DNA of 64,000 nt from the NCBI GenBank assembly GCA_964106645.2, contig OZ067047.1; one strand, written 5' to 3'. The notes under the pieces are model-generated. The model saw only the letters and a list, made by a program, of their open reading frames with translations, ran no database searches and was not told the DNA's origin. A program made the position numbers and the translations under genes. This stretch comes from Podarcis pityusensis (taxonomy: Eukaryota). Shown one piece after another: positions 24,621-38,085 of the stretch (position 1 is the stretch's first letter; each line of letters opens with the position of its first letter).

Positions 24621-26454
24621 TAATTCTGTACATGGGTTACAAACTCCCAGCTCAATTTCTGTCCCCATTTTCAAAAGGGACATGGAAAGTGGAACAACAC
24701 AATGTGATATTTGTCTTGAAGACTATGTTGGTTTGTGTGTTTATAACCACTTTCTCTGCTGCAAGTCAAGGGCAACTTCCATACCTGATTTCAAGGAGGA
24801 CAGTAAATACACATTTATGCAACTCAATGAGTTGTTTATATGCCTGGTTCATTTGTTAAAACATTTCCTTATACTGTGTAAAAAGATATACTAGGAATGG
24901 AGGAAATGGTATGGATCCCGTGCATCTCCCATATGCATGAGCAGATCAGTAAGGCTCCCAAGATTCTTGTGTCAAATCACAAAACCCTAAACATTTGGGG
25001 CCCAAACGATAGTGTTGCCAGGTCAGGACCATCCCAAGCCCTTAGATTTCAGGGCCCGAATCTGAGACCTAAGGGTGGTTCCTGGTGATGTCACAGGGCA
25101 GGCCCTGGTGAAGTCATTAAGCATAACATCTAAAGCATTAACCACAGTCTCTGAGGGCATGTCATACAAATATAAACACAAAGTCTAACAAATAAGCAAA
25201 TATATTTTTTGTTTGAAAATTAAGAAATTAAGGAACCTAGTAAACACATGTCTGTCTTCCCAGTTATTCGTAGAGTAATTAGGAATATTTTTTGAGTGGG
25301 TATCCCACCATACAGTTTCAAGAGTTTCAATAAGTATTAGCTGTAGATTTATAGCTGCTCTCCCCCCCCCCATTTTGATTTATAGTTTTATTATTGTTTT
25401 TAGTGCATTTGTGCAATTTGTGTCTTGTGCCATGCCCTGGGACCCATTATGATGAAAGGCAGGCTATAAATATGCTTAATAAAATAAGCACAGCTATTCT
25501 CGGTGGCCAAATTATTTTAATTACTAAAATAGCAAATCAAAGAGGCAGCCCATTATCAGGGACTTTGGATAGAAATTTTAACAAGTTCCAGAGAGCCACA
25601 GTTCTCCTCACTCCAAGGCGTAAGAGACAGAGCCCATGGTCTCCAATGTGGTCTACTGCCCATCCTAGAATGAGCTTAAAAATTGGGGAGGGGAAGTATC
25701 AGGAGTGGAATGACTACCATTGTTGTAAATGTACTTCAGTGCATACAAGAACTCATTATTATATTATTTTAACAAATTGTATACAGTGGCATCATCCTCC
25801 CTGCCCTTTATCTGTCTTTGATGAAGTATCAGTTTAATTTCTTCATAAAGCAAGCTTTTTATAATGAATTTATGGGACGTGGCAACAGGGGGTTTAGAGG
25901 CGGTTTTAAAGCAGTTGTAGCAATTGGTCTTTGAAGATTAAATGTTTCGTGTGGGACAAGTAGACAGCTCCCAGCAAGACTCTCAAAAACCCTGGCGAGT
26001 GGTATTTATCAGGTTGGCATTTGAAAAAGACAAGTTGCCCCATGTTTTCTTTTTAATATTGATTAACTAAAACTGTGAAGTTGCCTTGCTATATTTGTGC
26101 CAAAATAGAAGTGAACAGAGCCACATCTGAAGGGTTTGGAGAGCGGATGAAAGGGCAGGAGGTCAAAGTCTAAATTATGATAACATGGAAGATGTTGCAA
26201 AACAACAGAATGTGGACAGGAAAAGCAAAGCTAGCATGCATATTTCACAGAACAAGGATCTTGTACATCTATATGAGAAAGATATATTTTAGGATACTTG
26301 ATTTGGGGCATTTATCCATAAATTGTGAATTAATATTGATAAACAGCCCAATGCAAGGTTAGTGCAAGAAGCGGAAGAGTCGGCGGCATTGAATACAACA
26401 CATTTTACACTTGTCTGAATTCCTGGGCCATAAAACAAGCAGTCAGAGGAAAGA

Positions 26455-27010
26455 AAGGTCTGTGCATGCCTTCCTATTAGGAATAATGTCAGCAGAAGTT
26501 AAGAAAAATGCCAGACCACTGTTCATGTATGCAACAACAGCAGCCAGGATTCTAGTAGTGAAGAATCGGAAAAGTGGAAATATCCCCACAAAAACCGAAT
26601 GGCAGGTAAAAATGATAGAGTACACACAATTGGCAAAAATTACAGAGAGAGTTAGAGGATATTCGATGCAGAAGGTGAATAACAGTATTTAAAGAGTACT
26701 TGAAAAATTATTGTGATAACAAAAATCTCCTGGCAGACCTTGAATGATTCTTGTAATATATTGGTGACGAATAAGAGAATATCTTGAAAAGAATTGGGGA
26801 AACAAAATAATAATAAGGCACTGTGGGTGTAATAAGAAACAGTACAATGAGAAGAATCGGAAGTTTATTTATTTTATTTTTTGTCTTTTATCTTTTGCTT
26901 TCTTCTTCTTTCTTTTTCTGTAAGGTATGTGTATGTAGGTTTTAAATATTGTATTATTGTGTATTGATGTGTAGGCTGATGTTAATTGTTCAATAAAGTT
27001 CTATTTTAAC
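26455..27010 (+). mobile_element. L1/Tx1-clade LINE 3' fragment
   Basis: AFLLGIMSAEV...LFMYATTAARILV...IPTKTEWQVKMIEY matches the 10110-11110 copy; ends with aataaa and a purine-rich tail ((GGAA)n at 27026-27051). Confidence 0.75.
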
Positions 27011-27282
27011 CAAGAAAGAAAGAAAAGGAAGGAAGGAAGGAAGGAAGGAAGGGAGTTAGTTAGTTCTGTGCATGCTGAAGTGTGAGGGCTGAGTGCCAGG
27101 ACAGTTTATTAGTTTATGCTGCTGATCTGGCAACATCCATAATTGCTGGGTATAGGAAATGGATGTCTTAGAATCTTGGAGACCTGGTAACAAGCTACTG
27201 CTACTACCAGCACTACTACAGGTAGCATATTCATGGTATTTAAAAGACCACCATGCCTGTCATTGACTTTCCTGAGGACATA

Positions 27283-27984
27283 CCGTATTTTTCGCACCAT
27301 AGGACGCACCGGACAATAGGACGCACCTTGTTTTAGAGGGGGGAGAACAAGAAAAAAAAATTCTCCCCCTCTCTGCCCAGCGCCCCTTCAGAGAGGGGGA
27401 GAATTTTCCCCCTCTTGTTTTTCCACTCTAAAACAAGGTGCCGTTTAAGGTGCGTTCAGGTGGCTACCTTGGAAGCCTGGAGAGCGAGAGGGGTCAGTGT
27501 GCACTGACCCCTCTCGCTCTCCAGGCTTCATGTTCCTTTCGACCTGCTCTTTGGGGCTGGCGGGGGGAAGCCCACCACCAGCCCCAAAGAGCAGGTCAGG
27601 GAGCAGCGGAAAGGCGCAGCGGAGAGGCTGCTGCCATAGTCGCGCGTCACCTCTCCAGCTGGGAGAGGGTCGCGAGGCTATGGCTTCTTTTGCCCCGTGC
27701 GCGCTCTCCCGGCTGGAGAGGTGATGTGCGGCTATAGAGGCTCCAGCCATAGCCGCGCGTCACCTCTCCAGCCGGGAGAGGGTCGCGGGGAGCTTCTTTA
27801 GCCCAACGCGTGCTCTCCCGGCTGGAGAGGTGACGCGCGGCTATAGAGGCTCCTGCCGGGAGCGTCACCTCTCCAGCCGGGAGAGGGTAGCGGGGCTATG
27901 GCGTCTTCGCTCCATAGGACGCACACACATTTCCCCTTCATTTTTGAAGGGGAAAAAGTGCGTCCTATAGAGCGAAAAATACGG
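27283..27984. mobile_element. Tc2-type (Tc1/mariner) non-autonomous element, GC-rich
   Basis: TIRs ccgtatttttcgc..cataggacgcac / gtgcgtcctatagagcgaaaaatacgg with TA TSD; related copies at ~56425-57502 and 63568-end. Confidence 0.85.
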
Positions 27985-29427
27985 TAATAAGATGTCCTTG
28001 TCTATAGTTCACAGGTACCTATTGGGGCAATGGTCTTTTCAGTGCATATCCAAATTGTGGATTTCCTACCAGCTGCCTTTCTTGTTACTTTCTGGATTCA
28101 TGTGAAGTCCCATCCATGTGTTCAGGCACTCATATAATTAGGTACAAACATCAAATTAAGTCCTGCTTAAGGACACCATTACAAATTATTCAGATTTAAA
28201 ATGTGAAGAAATATATTGAAAGAACAACAAGGCATTATCTTTCTAGAGCTTGTTTATTCAAATATCCTCTAATTACCCACATTTATTTGGTTGCAGTCTG
28301 TGCAATTCAGGATCCTCTATAATCAGTAATCTTGTTTGTTCATGTTACCAATCATTCAAATGTTTTGAATCTTTACCAGCCATGTTTGAATAATACGATT
28401 TTATGTTGTATGAAAGCATAGGGAAATGATATAGACAGGAACCAAGAATTATGCCTAGTTTCTGTATAGTATAGCTGCTCCCATGCTGTGAATAACCTTA
28501 CCAAATTATGGATATTGAACCCTATTTTTTTATCGAAGATTGTCCATTTCCATGACAACAAACCAGTGCATCATTTTGTTCACCGTTACAGAAGCTGGAC
28601 TTCTTAGCTGCCCTATTATTGCACAGTTGGGGAAAAGTGTATCAAAAACCAGACGGATAGTAAAATAAGCCCTACCCCATCCCAATAAGAGAAACAAATG
28701 TCATGTTAGCTATTCATCTCCTGTGTTGCTGTTTATCTGAGAATGCATCAAAATAATTCTACATCATGCCATTTAACATTCGCACAATTTTACTGTGAAA
28801 TGTAAAATGGGAATGGTTTCAGAAAGAAGCTCTGTTAGCTGCATGTTTGTTCTTTTGAGTTTTCCACATCACATAAAGTGTCCCCCCTCTTGTGTTACAG
28901 GAGTTCATGAGTTAAACTACCAATTACACAAGCAGCAGGGAAGATGATGTACTCTGTCTGAATAGCTGCATGATATGAAAACCCTGTAGGCACTTATTTG
29001 TTTAAGTAAAAAACAAAACAATAGAGAGAGACAATGGAAGGATATGCCAGGTTTCAACAACTGTATTTTGCTAACCAACACGCTCCGTTACTTCCGGGTT
29101 GCCGCGGAGCGCAACCCGAAAATACTTATGCTGAAGTGTATTTATCCCGAGGTATGACTATTTGAGATTGGATAGATCTAGAGTTTTCAGTTTGAAGTTA
29201 TAGCTCACTACAATAATAAAGATATACTTTTCCCATCTCTTCATACATCTCAAAGCTTGGAAAGTGGGATATTAATTTCTAACTACAAAAGGACACCTCT
29301 CTCTCTTTGGCATTCTGAAAAGACATAGTGATGTGAAATATTGTATGTGATCCTGCATAGATATACCGAAGAAAGAAGATGTTCAAGATTGGTGGGAGTT
29401 TCTTAAAATTGAGATGCTAAAGGCATA

Positions 29428-29620
29428 TAGGAAAACAGGAAGCTGCCAATTCCGTTGGTCAGACCATTGGTTCCTCCAGTACAGTATTGTTGATACTGAC
29501 TGACAGCAGGTCTACATGGTTTCAGGCAAGGTTTTCCCCCCAGCTCTATCTGAAGACACCAGAAATTGAAACTGGAACCTTTTGCATGCAAAACATCTAA
29601 TCTATGACTAGCCTCTGGTC
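29428..29620 (-). mobile_element. tRNA-derived squamate SINE (degenerate)
   Basis: Homologous to the other SINE copies. Confidence 0.55.
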
Positions 29621-29914
29621 CTCCCCCATAATCATAAACCATTCCAAAGTACCAGAAGAATGACAGGCACCTAAGGAACTTGGGTGGCTGCATAAGGAGC
29701 CCTCTGATGAGCTCAGATTTAAAAGGCACTTGAAGAGGAAATGGAAGGAGTGACAAGGACAAATGAGGTAGCTAAAACTTGTAGGGACAGTGTCAGTTAG
29801 GCTAAAGTCCAGGTGACCTTCAAATATTTTTAGTCGTCATCTGCATCTAAAAATGTTGAAGATAACTTGCTCCAGAGGGTAGAACCCAAGTCAATATCCA
29901 GAAAAAGGATTTGG

Positions 29915-30215
29915 AATAAGCAGAGGGTAGATGGCTATCTGTCATGGATGCTTTAGCTGAGATTCCTGCATTGCAAAGGGTTGGACTAGATAACCATTGG
30001 GTCCCTTCCAACTTTACAATTCTATAGTTAGGAAGGTCTTCTGGATGGTACAAGCTGATTGACAATGGAACAGACTACCTTAGAAGGTGGTGTACTTGCC
30101 TTCATTAGAGGTTTTTAAGCAGAGGCTCAGTGACCATCTATAAGGGATGCTGTAGGAGTGGGTTTCCTGCATTGGTACAGGATTGGAGTGGATGACCTTT
30201 GAGAGACCTTTCAGC
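29915..30215 (+). mobile_element. Two tandem CR1 3' fragments
   Basis: aagcagagg.tagatggc.atctgtca.ggatg...ggttggactagat...gtcccttccaact..acaattctat, followed by a second more degenerate copy. Confidence 0.7.
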
Positions 30216-31549
30216 TCCTATGCTTGTCCTGTTGCATATAAATGGAAATTACATCATTGTGTGAAATGATGTTTTGCATCACAAGAGCACACCACCTGGA
30301 ATTGCACAAAGTGATTGGCCTTCGGGTGTTCTTTGCCTTTCCAATAAGTTCATGTGAACAACAGACAACAGGAAATAAATTTTTATTCTCAGTTGAGAGG
30401 CATGCACAGATGGTTGCCTTTTTAATACCTAGAAGCATTTTCCAGATATTTAGTCAGTAATGGACAGTTCACCCATTCCACTCAAAATGGAAATCCCATT
30501 CATACTAAACAAGAGTACTGGAGAGGGAAGTATTTTATTAGCATCATTCAGATTTTAATTTCTTCTCCTGTGCAATATAGTACAGCACTGAAAAGGCTAT
30601 AAATATTAAATTGAGTTAGGCAATCTCCCCCCCACCCCCTTTTATATTGCTGTGTACTTACCATGATCCCAAAGAGGTTTGCTGAATATAACTTTGAACA
30701 AGGGCATGATTTCTTCCCGTATTACATTGTATTGCATGCCATTTTTTAAATAGTTATGGAATAATGTACTGCATTAAAAACCAATGTGGAGACCACATGG
30801 CAGCAAGAGGCATCTTAAGAGAAACTCAGATAACAAGAAGAAATACTGAAAAATTCATAAGATGGACTAGTATCTGGTCCTAGGAGAAGCAACACCTGGC
30901 AACATTAGATTAGGTTGAATTGTCAAGTGTATTCCCTTAGACTCAATTGGAAGCTTTAAAAGCTTGTTACATTTATTGCCCTATTCATTCCGAGGCCCTG
31001 CATTCTAATTTATACCACAAGGATAAATTTGTGGCTCACTTACACGTGAGGATACACAATGGTACAGTAATGATCCATTCCTGTGATAGGCAGCGAAATT
31101 GCAACCCTCTCATCATTTTAAGTAAGATTCTGAGATTTGCCTGCCTTTTTAAAAGCTAGCAATTTCCATTTTTAACAGATGACTTGCATCTCCTCCTTTC
31201 TAGACATCTTCACCAGAAACACTGAAGTACATATGCAGCATGATTGTTGTGAACCAGGTGCAGGAGGGTGGGAGCAAGTATGAGCAATAGGCCAGAGTAT
31301 GGGTTAAACATGTCCACCACACATTTCTGGTCTGCCATGGCATATGGTCGGGATCCATCCATTGGGCAGTCCGACTGCTAGCCAATGTCTCTCTCACACA
31401 CATGCACACACACACCAGCCTGCCTGCTTGGATAATCACAGGAGTTGCAAGCAAGTAGGTTCCACCATGGTGCAAACCAGTTGTGTGGGTCCCATTAGCA
31501 ACCTGGGAGCTCAGGCCAGTCAAGGATGGTCTTTCCTCAATTGTGTGTG

Positions 31550-32010
31550 AAACAGGAATTTGCCAGTTTCAGTTTTTCATTTTTCCAGTTTTCCACATTT
31601 TTCACATCTGTGTGTGTGTTTTAAAGTCCTCATGAAAATTCACCAGCATTTTAGTGTGAATATCTCCTAATGTAATTTGCTTAATATGCACATTTTTGCA
31701 AATCAATTTTCCCTAACATTATACAATTCTGTATGCTGCTTTCACCAATATATGAATATTTATACACATCTTATCCGTGTGTGTGTGTGTATAATTTCTA
31801 TACCGCTCTTCATCTATGGATCACAGGGTGTTTTACAGTATAAAACTACAAAAATACATAGCGAGCAAAACAATAACACATTCCTTGGTTGGAAATGTAA
31901 GAATTTGAAGGATGACTTTGTTTCAGTTCTCATATTGCTTCAGAAAGTGTGAATTAGGTAGTTCCATCGTTGAGTGTTAACTGAAATGAATTTCTCCCTC
32001 ATTTCTAGCC
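31550..32010. repeat. Old AT-rich interspersed repeat, inverted relative to 13900-14340
   Basis: gtcctcatgaaaattcaccagcattttagtgtgaatatctcct matches the reverse complement of the 14199-14240 motif. Confidence 0.55.
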
Positions 32011-32894
32011 CCACACTAACAGTCCCCATTGACTACCCTAGATAATTCAGACCACTGTGTGGAATAAGCCCCATTGAATGTAGCAGGATATAATTTGCAT
32101 AGGATCGTAAACATACGATCACAGTCTCAATCTACATACTTCAAACTGACTGGTGTCAATCCTAGTTTGTGGTTTGTGAACCTTGGCCATCTTTCTGTTG
32201 TCTTCTCCCACCCCAAAGGTTGCTTTTCTACCCGCATTTCCAATCCCCTCGAGATCAGCACATCCCTTTCTCAACAATGCAGGGAGTATTTTTCATGACC
32301 AGATTATGTATCCGGATCCAAGGTACTGATAATTTCACTGTTACTGTTCAAAGAGGAACTGTTTGGACTACTATTGTTCTTTCTGAGGGCAAAATTGTGC
32401 AAATAGCTGCAGTACAGTCATGTCCTTATTTTGCATTTGGGAATCGCAGAAGAGTGGTGCCCCATTTTACTGTTGCAAAATTGAATCGCAAAGCAATTAA
32501 GGCTACAATAGCACACACACTTACCTGGGAGCAGGTCCTATTGAACTGAAGTTGACATGAACTGTAAGCCTGACATTCAGTACCACAGTTTGCAAGGATA
32601 TCATCAGAGAAACACTATATATTTAAATGTCCATTCCGACTTCTTCTTTTTGACAATTGTGCTTCAGGGGATTCATAGACTATTCTTTATGATTCATATG
32701 TCTGTAGCCGCAATTGGTCCTTTTCACCTTGTTGTTTCAGTATAAAGAGTTCATTAAGGCTTTTTATTTTATTTAAATGCTGTCATGCATCAGTATGCAT
32801 GGTTGGCCAACGTGGTCCAAGAATTCAGACTAGAAGAGAGATCTAGTTGTAAGGATGTTTTAGTTTCATTGAGTTCCTATGGGCAGTAACTATG

Positions 32895-33470
32895 GCATAA
32901 ATGTGAGTGGTTGTTTAGGCATTGGTTAAGACTGTCTGTCCCCCCGCCTGGGGACAGAACTGACTTCTGGGCACCACTGAAAGCCAGTAAGGGAAAACAA
33001 TACCGGGGAGAAATGGAGCTGAGCCACAGGCTCTCACCTCTCCCCGCATACTCCCCAGGGCTTGCCGGCCCTAGCCCCATTCCAGGAATTCGAACAAAAA
33101 GATGGCAAGCCCCTGGATTCATTTAACAGAATTCCCTTTCCGCAGCAACCTTGGAGGGGCAGGCCCAGCCAATCCTAAGCCTGCCTCCAACCAATTGATA
33201 ACCAATGCCTAACCGCAACCTTACAAGTTGTGACGATTTGCTACGCAGTTGGCAAAAACCAAATGGCCCAGCCAATCAGCCAGATGGACAAAATTCCTAC
33301 CAGGCCCCTGCCCCAAAAGCAGGCGATCCCATGAAAGGCATAGCAAGGTCAACTCAAAACCCAATAAAATTAGGGCAGGTGGGCGGATGATCCGTTGGAC
33401 GCAGCAAAAGAGAAAGCTCCAAGCTGCGTCCTCAGGATTTAAAACATCCGATCCCTCCCACCAAATTGCA
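32895..33470. repeat. Unclassified interspersed repeat (copy A), possibly a LINE 3' region
   Basis: Colinear with ~62112-62760 (atgtgagtggttg, cagtaagggaaaacaa, caaccttacaa.gttgtgacgatttgctac, ggcaaaaaccaaatggc, aaaattcctac, ggcatagcaaggtcaa). Confidence 0.7.
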
Positions 33471-35009
33471 ACATAGTATTTACCCCAGCAACCCAGCCAT
33501 CCAATCCTTGCTGCAGGCTTCCTTAGTAATCCTGCCTGGCAAGAGAGGAGTGGCCTGGTGGACACCACCGCAACACGCGCTCTCCATGAGGGAGAACACG
33601 CTTTGGGCTATTCTGCACCAAGGTGTACATCATTTTGCCAAGCCAGAATACAGAGATGCAATAGGACCTGATAACCAGGTACAAGAATGGGCCACTTTTC
33701 TCTTTCTGCTAAGCCATTCTTCTCCCTCACTTTTTTTGTTGTTGTTCTCTATCTATAATCATATGGTGACTTGTATTGCCCCATAAAAGAAAATTCTCTG
33801 GGCATTACACTTAGAATGTGCTTTTGAACACCAAGGCTCAGCCCAAGGTTGCTGCTTTATGAACAGGTGTTATGTGCCTTTAAGAGCAGTGAGGCAGGCA
33901 GAAATCCATCAGACGAAGCTCCCCTGTCACCATCTTCATGGAAGGGGAAGTTCTGCACATTATGACATGGCCCAAAGCATATTTTATTTATATAATAGAT
34001 TTAGATTGCAGCTAAGATGTTGACAGCCGAGTGTTAAAAATGATACACTAAAACTAGTGTCTGAGATCTGCTCTAAGCCAGAACATTTCTTGGATTTCTC
34101 AGAATTCTTTTAATAGCATTTCTTCCAAACAAGCCTGGACGTGCTGACAAAGGGGGGGGGGGAATGCTGCAAGCGCTGCCCCTATGAAGAGTGTTGTACA
34201 CAACACAGAAGCCAACTCTTTGGAATGCCATTCTGTTGGTGATGGTGCTAAGCTCATTTATTCGCTTGGGGCAATGCCCGTATTTCCTGTCTGGTAATCT
34301 ACATTTATACAAATGTGAGTACAGCATGTTTTAGATCATTGTGCAAGACAGACATTGTGCAAAAAAAACTTAATGAAGCATTTTGACAGCTGCTACATAC
34401 TGTCATGTAGGGCAAAATTAGGTAGCTGCACGTTGAGTGCTCCTGTTGTGGAACGAGGATGTTTTGACATGTTATATTTACAGCTATCTGCGTTACAGGA
34501 AAGGACATGTGAGGAGGGAAAGTGTTTCCACTCTCATTACAAGGTATACTGCTGCTGAATATCAGGGTGGGGAAATGACGCTGGAAACAACCAAAGCAGG
34601 CAAGTTATAGGTTGCTTTTAACCCACGCTCAATAACAGTAAAGGGTCTTTACATACATTGACCTAGTGGAGACTGGTCCAGAAGTGCAAATGGGACTCTA
34701 TCCCACCAGTCTCCATCTATTTTCACCTTCCTCCCTTCCTACTTAGAAACAAGTCCAAATAATATCACTGCCTGTCATCTTCCTCCTCCTTAGTCTATGT
34801 GTTGTCCCTTGTAGAACTCGGGAGAGAGGAGGTTCAGGACAAAGCTGGATATTAGTTGCTTCTGCCTGTCACTGTCTCTGGCTCCACTTCTCTTGGTCTC
34901 CTTGCCACCTACCCTACCAGTCCCGATGGGCATTAGCCACTACTGCAAGCGTGCCACAATACAAAGGCCCTCTCCCCAGTCATCTTCTGCCTGATGTCAG
35001 GTGGCAGTA

Positions 35010-35500
35010 GCACTCTGAGGAGGACCTCTGAAGAATAACAACTGTATGGTGGGACACGTATGTCCCTTCAAGTCTTTTGGTCCCACGCCATGTAGTACTA
35101 GCACAGCAATACCTTAAATTGTGCTTGGAAATGGACTAGAACAGGGTGTCTTACACTGCAGCTCCCTTAATTCCTGATGATTGGTCTTGCTAACTGGGAT
35201 ACAGTGCATTGCAGGAGTCTTATATAGAGGTCACCAGAGCATGACATGGATAACTGAAGCCATAACTATCTCTATCCAGAAAAGGCTGAAGCTAGCACAG
35301 AAACTTTGGCTGGTAACGGGTACACCATGCAGCTGAGGCTACTTGGTCCTCCAGTGACAGAGGTAGATCAATGAGCACCCCAATACGGGGACCCAGTCCT
35401 TTATGGAAGTGCAACCCCAGCTGGTATATGTTGAGCATTACCAATCAGGGTAGATGAACCAACAGAACCTCCATCTTGTCAGGACTGAGCTTTAAATACC
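35010..35500 (-). mobile_element. Degenerate L2 ORF2 fragment
   Basis: Nucleotide pattern resembles antisense L2 (accttaaattgtgcttggaaatggac; tagaggtcaccagagcatg; gtagatcaatgagcacccc). Confidence 0.45.
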
Positions 35501-37894
35501 TATTCCCTCCCTAGAAGAGCTATGTTGGAACTTATGTGCGCTTGGCTTCTCTGTGCTTGTTTGCAAATAAGTCTCCTCATTTTAAGACTTTGGACAATGT
35601 TCTAAACATTGCTTACTTAACATGATGCTCACACTTAGGGAAATATGTTTTTTAAAGTAAATAAAAATAAAAATCTTAAACCTCTAACCTGAGGGCTTCT
35701 GTGTACTTTGCAAACTTGCATATGGAAGGCTGCTGGGTCCTTACGAAAGACATAACTTCACTGATTCTCTGACAGTTTATGTCTCTGGGCTGCTGTCTTT
35801 ACTTATCCCTTGTTAGGAGAAGCGCCAGCAGGGCAATTCTGATTGACAAGCAGTCACCTGGTCACTGCGAGCAATATGTCCCACGACATTATTTTCTGCA
35901 GGAAGGAAAAATCTTAACAGCTGCAAACTAAGCTAAGTAAGCTTATGCTAGTTGTTTGGGACTTGGACATGCCAATTCTGGATGCAGGTGGAATCAACGG
36001 TATATGCATCTGCAGCAACAATATTGGGTTCTGTATTGGCATATATGCTGGACCTGATATTTATCGAGAAGTCTTCCTTTCAGTTTTTTTTTTTTTTTAA
36101 GGATTACCTTTTAATCCCAGCACTAGCACTGCTGCCAGTTCTGCTCTTAGTGAAATAGGTCAGTAAAATCTGTATTGCCTGTGGTTCCTGTTATCTTTGA
36201 ACAGCAATGAAACAGGAACAGCCTTCAAAGAAGGGGGAAAATGCAGCAGATGTACCAATGGGCTCCCTAATAGGTCTTGGCCACTGGGAAGCTGATTTTC
36301 TGGGTCTGGAAAGATTCAGAAATAGAAGTGTCCCTTCTCACATGATTCAGTTGCTGCATGCAGGAGAATAGCACAGGCATCCAAGCTAAGCATCCATTCT
36401 CCCTGCACATTCCAACTGGATTTGAAATGAGCAATGGACACTCAGGCCTGTCTGAGATCTAAAATGTGAAAACATGCTAATATTGTCCCTATGAAATTTA
36501 TGTGCACAGGAAGGTACAGTGTCAGTGATTCCTTAAAAAAAAACCCACTCCACCACACTTCATATCTAAACATTCAACTCTTTTCCCATAAACATTATCA
36601 CTTTGCCTTCCTTTCATAATTTGAACAAATGATTGCTAGTGCAGTGGCTGATGCAGGTTGCCTGGCTAATCAGTTGGTCAGGAAACATAAGCAGAAGCTT
36701 TTCCCTTTTTTAATGAAAGGCCTTTAAAAATAAGGGAATGAAGAGCTAAGCTTACAAAAACAATGCACATTTCCACATTCCTTAATTGTGCTCCTGTTGA
36801 TGATACAGAATCAACATCTGACACCACCAGACTGCCTGATCATCACACTGCTGTTTGGACTTCAGCAACCTAGTCTGTTACCCACTTTTGAGTGATGAGA
36901 TGAAGGATGGGTGCTCACCATTGGGGTTGGGGTTGGTTGCTGCCTTTTTCAGCTGTACAATATGTTTTCAGAGTTAATTGCTACATCCTTATCTCATCAG
37001 TTGCTTCAAGTGCCTTTTCTAGGAAGAAGGGTTCAGCAAAGGATATGTGGCAGAAAAAAATTCTTCCAGAAGGAGAAGGAGAAGACAATTAAAGGAACAT
37101 TGTTCCTTTCAAGTAATATGGCAGGATTTGGAAAGTTATGAGTAGAGAGTTGCTGACATATATGTTTGGTGGTGCTCTGATCCAGTACATGCCTAGTATC
37201 CGTTACTTCCTGCCAGAGTTCTCCTTAATGCCATGCAGCAGGTTTTGCAGCAATGACCTGGCCTATTGGCAACAATAGTCAGCCTTCACTTTTAGCTCAA
37301 ATATTGTCATAGTGATTTCTAGGAAAGATGGCATTTGTGTCTCTGATATCTGTCACACTTAGCAGAACAATGCTTCCTATTGATTTGCAGGAGCAAAACC
37401 GCTCGCTTTGTCTAGACATGACATTTTACTATTATCTCTTTGCAAAACATGGTGATCTAAGGGCAGTGGAAAGAAGACTCCAGTATTGATTAAAACAAAC
37501 TGGATTCATTAAATATGCCACTGACATTTCCAGTGATCTGTGCCGTTCCTTTCTTTAGCTTTGAAAAGCATAGTCATTTAAGTTTTGTAGTTTGTGCTGC
37601 ATAAATGCTCCGTTACTAAGGAACGTGGCTCCGTTTTCCTAATTTTCTTAGGATTTGTGTGGGTAGTAGGTGTTATCATTTGGATCCTATGCCTCTCTGG
37701 CAAACTGGGAGGGAGAACAAGCACTGGGCAAGCATTACCTAAGAATTAGGGCTGGCATTAGTGTGTGTTTACAATTCTACCAACAGTACTGGCAGATAAA
37801 GTATAGGAGCAGATTGGGAGCATGCTGAGGAAGTCACTGTGGCACTACTCCAGAGCCAGTTGCGTCAACATAACGTTATGAACCTAGAGCATAG

Positions 37895-38085
37895 GCAGCC
37901 GGAAATTCACGGTAGAGCATCTGATTTACACGCAGAAGATCCCAGTTTCAATTGAAGGTTTCTCCAGGGATGGCTGGGAAAGTCTTCCTTAAGTGCTGAC
38001 GAGCTGCTGGCACTCAGTGCAGACAATATTGAACCAGATGGACCAATGCCATGATTCTGTATAAGGCTGCTTCCTATGTTCCTAT
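37895..38085 (+). mobile_element. tRNA-derived squamate SINE
   Basis: ggtagagcatctg...cagaagatcccagtttcaat head; ...gtataaggctgcttcctatgttccta tail. Confidence 0.65.

Noticed and set aside
27438-27868. Overlapping GC-rich ORFs and a CpG-island-like region
   Set aside because: Lie wholly within a TIR-bounded MITE; the ORFs arise from GC content and palindromy
27634-27900. Repeat-spacer pattern superficially like a CRISPR array
   Set aside because: Units alternate in orientation, the spacers are related to each other, there are no cas genes, and the context is a vertebrate TE interior
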